In this document: piece by piece, positions 49,271-60,749 of the stretch
How the letters are laid out: every line of letters begins with the position of its first letter
Numbering within the stretch: the stretch's first letter is position 1
From: Cycas panzhihuaensis
Taxonomy: Eukaryota > Plantae > Cycadophyta
Reading direction: 5' to 3'
NCBI GenBank assembly: GCA_023213395.1
Contig: CM041465.1
Coordinates: 147,629,741-147,693,740, forward strand
Length of the DNA stretch: 64,000 bases
Notes under the pieces: model-generated
The model's input: the letters and a program-made list of their open reading frames with translations, nothing else
Told to the model about the DNA's origin: nothing
Database searches by the model: none
Made by a program: the position numbers and the translations under genes

Positions 49271-52200
49271 TATGGATCTTCATATGGTTGTAGTAAACAA
49301 TATTGAATTGTCTGGTAGTGACAATTTCTTGGCTTGGAAGAAACAAGTCAAGAACATACTTATAATGAACAAACTTTAGAGTTATGCTTCTAATGCCACT
49401 CTTAAACTTGAATCTATAGAAGATCCTAATGATCCTACTGTTCTTATACCACCTGACCCTGTTGCCCTTGCTACCTTTAATGAAAATGATGAAGTCACAC
49501 TCTCCTTTGTGGATCTTTCTTATGAAGAAAATGTCGATCAAAACATTGAAATTACCACCACCTCTGCTGAAGCCTGGAACATTATCTGTGCATTGTATGG
49601 AAGGAAAGACAATGCCAGAGTGGTCATGCTCAAAGCATAGCTATACTCCACTCCTTCTGTTGGTTTAGTTGCCACTCATTTGGCTCAAAGATTTTGCAAC
49701 AACTATTGTTCCCCCTCCAATCACACAGAATGTTCTTGTAGTTACAATGCCTCCATCTACACCCTATTCTCCTGGTCCTTTATCTGCACTTCCTCCCTCT
49801 ACTTCTACCTCAATAATTCCTCCAGAAGATCTTCAAGTAGAGGTCACTTCAAAAGAACTTTCAAAATGGTACCTACATACAATCTCTTCTGCTCCATCGC
49901 CTCCTCAAGCACAAAAGAGGCAATCCAAGTATAGGCCGCCTACAAACTTTGCCTTAATGGCACAAGCATTATCTGCTCCCAAACCTTCCGCACTTGAGGA
50001 GGCAGTTACAGACCAAAAGTGGCGGGTTGCAATGAATGATGAAATGGATTCCATTCTTCAAAAAGGCACTTGGAAGCTACTTGAGCTGGCAAAAGGAAAG
50101 AAATGGATTGATTGTCGATGGATCTACAAGATAAAATTTCATGGAGATGGTGCCATCCAACGCCAAAAAGCTCGATTGGTAGCCAAAGGTTTCAAACATA
50201 TTGAGGGCATTGACTATGCTGAAACATTTGCCGTAGTTGTCGACATGACCACAATCGGCTTGTTTTGGCACTTGTAGCTTAATTTCATTGGCCTATTTAT
50301 TAAATGGATGTTAAACTTTCAACATGGAGGGCATTCAACATCAACACCAATCAAGATCAATGAACAAAAGAGAAACTATATTAACTTAGATCAAAGATGA
50401 TTACATCAAGATACTATTGCATCACAAACCCAACATGAGTCTCCATGATGACTTGATCTCTCTACTCTATCTCACCTGCATATTTATAGATCATAGGTGG
50501 GAATACATAAGTGAGGTGGGATACATCTGGGACAAAAGACCGCTAACCTACTCAATGACACTTCACCTACTAACTGACCAATGACCTTTCATCTTTTTAG
50601 CAATATTATAATATGTGACTCTTAGACCCTAACTTAGGACTATAACATTATTGACCCTAAGACACAACTTACTTCCCAATACATTAAACATTATCTTCTA
50701 ACAAGTTCGACTTGTTTTGGCACTTGCAGCTTAATTTCATTGGCCTGTTTATTGAATTGGATGTTAGAAGTGCTTTTCTGAATAGCGACCTACAAGAGGA
50801 AGTATATCTAAATCAACTTGCCAACTATGTTGTTTGTGGTAATGAACACTTTGTTTGCAAATTGAAGAAGGCTCTATATGGCCTCAAACAATCACCTCGC
50901 ACATGGTATGCGAAGATTAATGAGTATTGTTTGAAGCATGGACTCATTCGCTCATTCTCGGATCCCAATTTGTACATTAAAGTTCGAGACAACTTGATCA
51001 CACTAGTTGCCCTCTATGTTAATGATTTGTTGATAATTAGTAATGACACAGAGTGAATCTCTTATCTCTAAGGGGAACTCAACTGCAACTTTGAGATGAT
51101 TGACCTTGCGTTGCTATATTATTTTCTTGGCATGGAAGTCTAGCAACAACCAAGCAGCATTTTCCTTTCACAGTCTAACTATGCAAGAGAGATATTACAG
51201 AAGTTTGGGATGGAGGATTGTAAGCTTTCACCAACCCCAGTGGAGACAAGATTCAAGTTGGATACTAATGAGCATGGTAAAATTGTTGATCCCACCTTAT
51301 ACAAACAACTTGTGGGGAGTTTGATCTACTTGACTCATACTGGCCGTGACATATCTTATGCAGTTGGGATCTGCTCAAGGTTCATGACACAACCAAAAGT
51401 TTCACATTGGAATGTAGGTAAGCAGATTCTAAGGTATCTTTGCGGTTTGCTGCAATTTGGTATTAATTACTGCGAGGTGAACAATCCTTCTTTGGTAGGT
51501 TTCGCAAATGCAGATTAGGTTGGATGCCGAGATAACAAAAGATCAACCTTAGGCTACTATTTTAACCTAGGTTCAACAACTATTTCTTGGAGTTGCAAGA
51601 AGCAACCAAATGTCATTTTGTCATTCACGGAAGCAGAGAATAAAATTGCTATTAGTGCAATTATTGAAGCTATTTGGCTCAAAAGGATTCTTGTTGAGCT
51701 TGATCTTGAACAAACACAATCGACTTCACTCTTCTGCGACAACTAAAGTATTCTAAAGATGACAGAGAATCTAGTGCTTCATCCAAGGATGAAGCATATC
51801 GAGGTGCACCATCATTTTATTACAGAACATGTTCAGGATGGTGAAATTGATCTAGTCTACAAGCCAATTGATGAACAAGTTGTAGACATCTTCACCAAAG
51901 CACGTGGCAGAGACAAATTTGAGCGGTCTTAACATGACCTCGGGATTCAAATTAATGAACTCATCATTAAGGAAGGGTGATAGAGTTAATGATTCTTTCA
52001 TTAATTCTTTAATGTACTTTATAAAAAGTTACTTTAATAACACCATGTTATAAAGTGCAATTGTATTTAAGTTATAGCTTTTAGTTGTAATTTCTAGTTT
52101 GAGGGGCCAAATGCCCACTTTCTTTATTGTGGTTGTTTCATGCATGAGTGCCAGTGGTCACCTTGCATGAACTCAAAATGTACTTTATATTGTAACGTCT
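49271..52200 (+). mobile_element. Internally deleted Ty1/Copia relic (gag stub joined to RT-RH, PPT, 3' LTR from 51978)
   Basis: IELSGSDNFLAWKK gag start; RT KARLVAKGF, LYGLKQSPRTWY and LYVND; RH; PPT AAGGAAGGG followed by TGATAG. The right end is approximate. Confidence 0.82.
50309..50703 (-). mobile_element. Probable solo LTR (~395 bp) lacking a TSD
   Basis: TGTTAAA...TCTAACA termini around non-coding sequence. The flanks ATGGA and AGTTC differ, and a ~53-bp host RT segment is repeated on both sides. Confidence 0.6.
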
Positions 52201-52644
52201 CCTTAGCAATTGTACTTAACTTTGAGAGGATGCTTGTATTGTGAGTTTCTGTTAATAAAGATTTTGATATTGGTGTCTGGACAAATTTCTACCTGTCCAT
52301 TACTGTTTTTATTGGTGTTTGGTTTTGCTCCTGTGTGTATGATCCAGGCTAGAAGGTGAAGTCCAAATTCCCTTCCTATAGGAAATGCGGTTGCAATAAT
52401 AAGGAGCAAATGACCAACAAGGAGTGAATTTTCAAGGATCACAACCTCAACAATCAAGGTTAAACATGTAACACATGCCTCAAATGGGAACCAATCCATA
52501 ATTGGAATACTTGAAGAGAGAAGTAGAAGCTTTGAAACAACAACCACTTGTTTCTGTGCTAATAGCATTGCAACAAAACCATGAAATTGAAAAGTTGAGA
52601 GTTGAACTAACACGGCTATGCATGGAGATAACCAAGGATAATAT

Positions 52645-55600
52645 TATTGGAATTAATGTTCATATGTGACAAATTCATATGAGGACAAACCCATGTGTGA
52701 GTTATCAAAGGTGATGTGATGAGTTGTAGGAGTTACTGAAATCCTAAATTGACTTGTAACATGTGTCATGGGAGTTATCAAGGTCCGAAATGGGTATTTG
52801 ACAAGTGTCACTTAGTTACAGATTCTGTTGTGGACCGTAACTGAACTAATTTGTATATTAAGATGTATCATATGTATTATTCTTAATGAATGAAATTTGA
52901 AGGTCAAGGTAGACCAATTCTACTTGAAATTTTCTTTTCTTTTTTATGAATTCACGTTGATATTGTGAAGTGTTGCACATTGTGAATTCCTATAATTTAT
53001 AGTTCTAATTCGATCCTAGAAATACTACATTTAATATTAGTGCTTCAACATTTGGTATCAGAGTAGATTCTGTAGTTGATGTTAGAGCGGGTGTTATTAC
53101 TTGTAATATTGGAACTAGAGCGAGTTATGTTATTGGTTGTGGATCAATTTGGTAGCCAATAAGGTGTGGAATTTTGTAGGTTTGAAATGCTGCCAAAATT
53201 TGTTAACTCTATTTGATTAAAATTCTGCCAAGGTTGTTACTGTTTGGAATTTAGATTGCTAGTAAATCTAGTGTAATGAAATTTGGGTAGTCGCTCCTCC
53301 CATCAGGAAGAAATACTAGATTGAAATGATCCTAAATTGTTCTTGGCACTGAGATTGTAGAAGATTGTTCATAGGTGCATCATCGTTAATAGTTAGCTTA
53401 GAGTATTATGACCAGTTGAAAGACAACTAGAACGAGAAAATCGTACTATGCTGAATGCTAATCGTAGACCTGTGGAACTGACTAGACACCATAAATGGAT
53501 ATAATCATCTTGGGAGGAAATCACCAAAGGAGACATCAAAGTATTTTGTCCTTCAAAACCTTGTTGGCTAATTTACTTGTGTGGTAACCCTGGACAATAG
53601 CTCTGATATTCTCATTTATTTGCAGTTACAACCGGTAAAATCAACAAGCCTTCTGTGTTGTTGCAGTTAAGATGACATGGTGCTACCTGAGTCGAATGGA
53701 AGTCACTAGAGATAAAACACATTGCCCTATTTTCTAAAGTTGTATGTGGTGGAGAAACTGTAAACAACCATGGTGGAACATTGTGAATGAGACCAACACG
53801 GATGCTCGGTGGTGTAGAACTCGTATTAGTTATCGTAGTGAGAAATCGGTCAGACACAATGAGAAATCAACCGATGCACATAGACAGAAATTGTTGACTC
53901 AAAACGTAGGCTAAAAAAAAAAATTATTTGATGTTTATAATGTTTGTTCAGTATTGAATGGTTTTATAATTTTATTTTGAGCTCAGTAAACCCCCTTTTA
54001 TGAAGCTTCTAGTCACATAAATTGAAGGGCTAAATCACTTTTTTGAGCGTGATTGCGATTAGAGGTGCATTAAAGTACAATTGGATCGTGATCTTAATCA
54101 AAGTATGACTAAGTTGTGATCGCAACAAGAAGTGCGACTAGGTCGTGATCGCAGTAGGAAGTGCGACCAGGTCATGATCGTAGTCTGAAGTGCGACAAAG
54201 TCGCAATTGCAACCAAGAGTGAGACCAGGTCGTGATTGCAAATTGGGAGTGCAACTAGGTTGCGATTGTAGTTCGAAATGCAACTGATTGCAATGATTTT
54301 TCAAAGTATGACTTGTTTGTAGTCATTTTTTGAGTCATAGGAGGGTCATTTGATTAAACTAAGAACACTTTTCTATTGTAAATTTTAATGTTCTTTGTAA
54401 TGAGCATGGTTGTTTGAGTTGATTTCTACTCCTTGTGTAATGTCCGATGCTTTTTAATTTGATTTGCCAGCGCTCTGCGTAGCGACTGAGTATTATAAGT
54501 AGGGGTGTGTCATTGGTTTTATTTTCTGTTATGCTATTTTTTATAAGAAGTCGGGAGGAGGCATGTTTTATCCCTTAGATAGGCTTACATGTGTTGAAAA
54601 GTATAGCACTTGGAAACATCAAATGATGAATCTGCTATAGATGAATGGGTTATGGCCATTGGTGCAAGGGAGAGCCCGAATGCCAGACAAGAAAACTACC
54701 ACACAATTGGAGAAAACTGAATACGAAAACAAATTCAATTGTGCAGTAGGATTAACAAACATGTCTATCAATGCGTCTTTGATAGGAAATGTTAAAAAGG
54801 GCCAAACACCTAACAAAGCTTGGGATTCACTTGTTTCAGTCTTGGAAACAAAAACTAATACAAGAATAATGTTGCTAAAGAATCAATTGTACAACCTAAA
54901 AATGGTAGGATCTTTGTTAGAACATCTTTAGACAAGTAAGAGCATAAACAATCATCTAGAAAACATTGGAGAATTTCTGGATGATTAAGATCTTATTGTA
55001 GCTGTGCTTAGAAGCCTATCAAGTAAATTTAGTAACTTTGTATCAAGTTTTTTGTTGTAAAAAAAGTAGGAAAAACTACTTTTAATGAACTAGAAGCATT
55101 ACTTTAGCATGACTAATCTTATGGATAATATAGAAGAGTCCTTAGGAGCTTTTTCAGTCAAAATGAAAAAGGAGAAATTTATTAAAGAACCTTAGCAATA
55201 CCAACCTTCAAAAGGTCAACAAAAATTATGCTTTTATTGTAATAAGTTAGGTCATTTCAAAAAGAATTGTAAGAAATGGCATGTTGATTTGAGGAAAAAG
55301 AAAGATCGGGGACATCTATTTCATGATGAGTCATCAAATTCATCTCAATTTGGTAGCAAACTCTTCTTGGCAACTACTTAGGACAGTTCTAGAGATGCAT
55401 GGTACATTAATTCAGGTGCCTCTAGACAGATGATAGACATGCTTGAATGGTTTAGGCATATATGGGAAACAATTAGCCATCTTGTTACATTGGGAAACAA
55501 TGTGATGCTTAAGGTAAAAGAGATAGGGAAAGTCCCATTTATTACTCTTGATAGAGGAAATCATTACTTTGAAAATGTATTGTATGTACTAGGACTGAAA

Positions 55601-56090
55601 GTAAATTTGATTTCAATCAGCTAGATGAAAGACAATAAGTTGAGTGTACTCTTTAAAGCTGGTGAAGCCACTATTCAAAATTAGGAAGGTAAAATTGTTG
55701 CAAAGGGTATAAAAGATGGTACTTTGCATCAATTTCTAGGTGAATCTATAAACCTAAAAGCCCTATCTACTAATGTTTCTTGTAAATCTCAATTGTGGCA
55801 TAGAAGAATGGGTTATTTAGATTGCACTAGTCTTCGATTGATGTATAGACTAAGGATGGTATATGGTCTCCCAAAACTAAAAGCATTGAAATGCATTTTG
55901 TGATTCTTGTATCAATGGAAAGTAGCAAAAGGAAAGATTTTCGAAAGGCAAGGTGATTGAGAAATTGAGTCTTGTACACTCAGATATTGGTCCTGTACTA
56001 AACACTTTGCCTGGAGATGAAAAATATCTCCTAACCATCTTTGATAACTATTCAAGGAAAATTTGGATTTATCCTTTGAAGGGGAAGTCT
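52645..56090 (+). mobile_element. Ty1/Copia 5' half (LTR 52645-53050, PBS, long leader, gag, PR, start of INT), truncated
   Basis: PBS TGGTATCAGAG at 53053; gag YSTWKHQM...NGLW; knuckle CFYCNKLGHFKKNC; PR WYINSGASR; INT LVHSDIGP...DNYSRKIW. Confidence 0.85.
54050..54300. repeat. ~28-bp tandem repeat in the Copia leader
   Basis: About 7-8 units of the type gtcgtgatcgcaacaagaagtgcgactag. Confidence 0.8.
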
Positions 56091-56099
56091 CCTTACAAG

Positions 56100-59000
56100 G
56101 CAAACATTCAACTCCAATCAGGTCTTGTAACCATGGCGCCAAAGATCAACCCCAAGTGGAGTGAACATCTCAATGAGGCTTTGGTGTCCCTTCCAGGAGA
56201 AATGGACATTAGGATGGTTAAGATTGAAAATCAGATTGGAGATATTGACAAAACCCTCAAGGTTATTGTAAGTCAAATGGCATTACAGAAAATCAATGAG
56301 GGATCCTGAAAGGGAAAGGACAAGATAAGGACTGAAAACGATCACCATGACTAGGGAGGACTGTTGTCCAATAATCTCCCTAAGATGGAAATCAGAAAAT
56401 TCAATGGAAAAGATGTTATGACTTGGGTCATCCAAATGGAACAATATTTTAGTCTTCACCAGGTGTCATCCGATAAAATGATCATATTAGCTTCCTTACA
56501 TATGGAATCATAACCCTTCCAGTGGTATCAATGGATAAAGAAAAAGTGCGAGGGAATATCTTATAAGTGGGAAAACTTTGTGAAGGACCTTTCAGTGCAA
56601 TTTGATAATATTTGGTATGATGACTAAACTTAAACAAGGAACAATGTCAAAATACCCTACAAAACATCAAAAACTGGCCACCCTAGTCGATGATCTCAGT
56701 AACAAAAACTGCTCGAACTCTATATTAGGGATTTGAAAGAAGAACCCAACCCTTATCACTCTTCCTCTTAAGTCTTCTATTACTGTTCTTATAATTATCC
56801 CACATGCATAAGTCCAAGAGATGGGGTGGCCTTAATAGCCCTAGATATATGTATGTAATGTATGAGTGGGATCACCATTGAGTATTGTGATCTTATGTAT
56901 TAGAGGTTGCCTCCTCGAAGAGGCCTATCAATATAATTGATTGTTGATGCTCTTGTGCTCTTATATGCATTTTTGTGTTCTTGTATTGTCAAGTGCATTT
57001 TGGATTGCTCTCTTTAATTCGGGTTCATTGCATCCACTTTATCATCATGGAGCAGAGATTATTTATTTTAACTAACTCATTTACAACAAATGAGCACTCT
57101 CTAAATATATATGGAAGAATTCTAAAATCTACAAAGCATGTTGACTACTGAAATAGACCTAGTGTTAGTATTGGAAGCATATATTGGGGGTCTCAAGGGA
57201 CCCATCAAGTTTTACCTGAAAACATTAAGAGTGGACACTCTTGGGGAAGCCATAAATCAGGCCCGTAATATAGAAGCAAAGTTCAAAGAGACATGCCAGA
57301 ATTACATTTGACAAGATGACTACTCTAGAATAATGGGACAAGGCAATTGACGAAATCAGTACTAGTTAGGGACCAAGGCTGATGTGCAACTCATGGAACA
57401 GAAGGAAGGTGGTCCTGTAGAGGGCAGGTTATTAGAGGCAAATCATATTCGTAAGGGAACATGTTTTGACTACTATGACAAATGGAGTTGGGATAATAAA
57501 TGCCTAGCAAATAAAGTCTTTACAAGATGAACAAATAGAAGATATTTAGTCACTAGAGAGAGACAATAGAAATAGGAGAATTGCTTAATAACACAAATCT
57601 TGAGAATGTTCAAATATCACTACAGTCAATCACCAAAACTATAAATATGCCTCAAACACTATGTTTTGAGGGAAACATCAAGAATGCTAAGATATCAGTA
57701 TTAATAGGTAGCAACAACGCACACAATTTCACCAACAGACCGATTATGGTCAAGATGGATATTCAAGTTAAGCAGATAAAATAGTTCCAATTAACAATTG
57801 CCATTGGGGGGTTTTGTGACAAGGTGAATCTTTAGATTTCTATCTACTATCTAAGGGCTTGTATGTTTGTTATGCCCATAAAAGGTGTTGATATAGAATT
57901 AGGCATACAATGGCTATAGACCTTGGGCAACATAGTCACCAACTACAGGACACAATTCATGGGTTTCTTTCTAGAAGGAGCATAAATATAGATTGCAAGC
58001 ACCACCCATAACACCCCCACAATTAGTAACATCTCATTGAGTGGAGAAGTTACTCAAGAAAAATCCCATAGGGTATGTTATGTCTTTCTACAAGATCTTG
58101 ATTGAAGATGTTCTGCCTGAAGTCCAAGCTATCATTTACCAGCGTAGCAAAGTTTTTGAGAATCTGCCGAAGGGGCTACCTCCATCTCATGTAAGTGAGT
58201 ATGCAATCGAACTAGTGCTTAGAGCTGCTCTAGTAAATATCTGGCCTTACAAACACTTGTACCATTCCAAAAAAGAAAGAGAAAAGATCACCAGGCATTT
58301 AGTACAACAAGGATCCATCATATCCAACTCTAGCCTATATGCTTTGTTAATTATTTTGATTTGGAAAAAATGATGAATCATATCAAATGTGTGTTGATTA
58401 TTGTGTCATCAACAAATTGACAATGAAAAATAGATATCTAATTTTGCAAATTGATGATTTATTGAATGAACTATAGGGGCCCCGCCCACCCCCCCCCCTG
58501 ACCCCGCCAAAAAATAAAAGATCTTCACTTTGGCTTATATCAAATCTATATTAGAATTGAAAATGTATACAAGACAACTTTTAGGACACCCAAGAGATTG
58601 TTCGAGTTTTGGGTGATGCCATTCAGACTAACCAATTCCCCAACAACCTTCTAAAACATAATGAATACAATGCTAAAACCATTCATTAGAAAGTTTGTCT
58701 TAGTATTTTTTTATGACATCTTGATCTACAATTGAATTTTGGAAAAGTATTTGGAGCAACTTCACACGATATTATACGTTTTGGGAAATATCCAAATTTT
58801 TGCAAATAAGGCCAAATGCACCTTTGAATGAACAAAGCTAGAGTATTTGGGGCATATCATCACACAAGGGGAAGTCAAGATGGATCCTAAAAGGATCCAA
58901 GCTTATTGTGAATTGGCTTACACCCAAAAATGTCATTGACATTAGAAGATTCTTAGGAGCAATAAGATTTTTACATCGTTTCACCAAAGGATATGCTAGC

Positions 59001-60749
59001 ATAGTGGCATCCTTAACCAATCTAACAAAGAAGGAAGCATTCTTATGGTATGTACCAACAAGAGAGGCTTCTCAGGCATTAAAGAAAGCCATGATAACTG
59101 CCCCAATTTTAGCCACACCAAATTTTAGTGAGCCATCTGAGTTGGAATGTGATGCTTTGGGAGTTGGATTGGGAGCAGTCTTCCTCTAGAGCAATTATCC
59201 CATAGCTTATGAGAATCGGGCGTTGAAGCACATTTACAACAAGGAAATGCGCGTAATCATGCACTCCATCCACCAGTGGCACCAATATTTGTTAGGAAGC
59301 AAGTTCTTGATCAAAACAGATCATGATAGCCTTAAATATTTCCTAAATAAAAAATCCTTGTTAGAGGAACCATAGAAATGACTAAGCAAATTACATTCAT
59401 TCAATTTTGACATTGTATACAAAAATAGGAAGGACGATGTGGTGGTAGACACATTATCCAGTGTTCCAAATGAAGCCACCCTCCAAGCAATTTTTGTAGC
59501 CGCCCTCAACTGGATGCAAGACTTGGCATAGGAGTACCTGTAAGATCTAGTACCTTAACGGATACTTCAAAAGGTCCAAGACGAGATACAAACAATATAC
59601 AAGCTGAAAAATGATCTAATATTACACCATAGAAAGTTCTTTATCCTTCACACATCACCACTCAAGGATAAGATCCTTTAGGAGGCATGTGTAACACCAT
59701 TATCAGGGCACGTAGGGATCAATAAGACCTACTGACAGATTCACAATACTTTTTTCTAGAAAGGAATGAAAGCAAATACCTTATAAATTTGCATCAGACT
59801 GTAATGTTTGCTAGAGAAATAAAAGTGAAAATGTTAGAATTCAAAGACTACTATAATTCTTGCGCATTCTAGATCAGGAGTTGGAAGAAATTCTAATGGA
59901 CTTTATCATATGCCTTTCGAAATTTGAAGGCAAAGGCTCAATTTTTGTTATGGTGGATTGGTTAACAAAATATACACATTTCGAAGGTACTCAATCCATA
60001 GCCAAGGCTAGCAAGATAGTTGACCTATTTGTCAAGGAAATCCATCAATTGCACGGGTTTCCCAAGGTCATAATGAGTGACCACGACCCAAAATTTATGA
60101 GTAATTTTGGCAAGACATGTTTCACCATGTGGGCACCAAACAAACAATAAGCATAGCATATCACCCTCGAATAAATGACCAGACAAAAGCGAAGAGCAAA
60201 TGGTTAGAAGGCTATCTTCAAAAAATTTCATCAGACAAACAACAACATTAGCACAAGTGGTTACACCTTGTTGAATGATGGTACAACACCACATGTCACA
60301 CATTAGCAAAGATGACTCCCTTCTAGGCTTTGCATGGGTATGAACCCTTGTTACTCCTCACATGGGTCAATAACTCCCATGTACTGGCTATGCAAGATTG
60401 ATAGAAACAAATGGCCTAGATAGTACAATTCTTAAAGGACAATCTCAACCCAACAAGAATCTGCATGAAGCAACAAGTGGATTTGTGCAAATCTAAATGA
60501 TCCTTTGAGATAGGAGATTGGATACTTTTAAGGCTTCAACCTTACAAGCAAGCCACCCTTAAATAATCATGGAAGCTCAAACTATGGCCACATTTTTAAG
60601 GACCATCTTAGATATTGGACTAGATGGGAGAAGTAGCCTATTGGCTCAATTTATCATTTAGTAGCAAGACACACAATGTATTCAATGTCTCATGCCTTAA
60701 TCCAAAGTTGGGATAAAATACAATAGTCCAGATTGAACTGCCCATCCTA
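56100..60749 (+). mobile_element. Decayed Ty3/Gypsy chromovirus-type element (gag-PR-RT-RH-INT), cut just before where a chromodomain would be
   Basis: Gag PKMEIRKFNGKDVMTWVIQMEQYF; RT MCVDY and VMPFRLTNSP; RH ELECDALGVGLGAV; INT MDFI...MVDWLTKY..MSDHDPKF; GPY/HNVF-like motif. An unrelated insert at ~56750-57090. Confidence 0.85.

Noticed and set aside
52203-52613. 136-aa minus-strand ORF
   Set aside because: No recognisable domain or exon structure. The + strand acceptor reading fits the context better.
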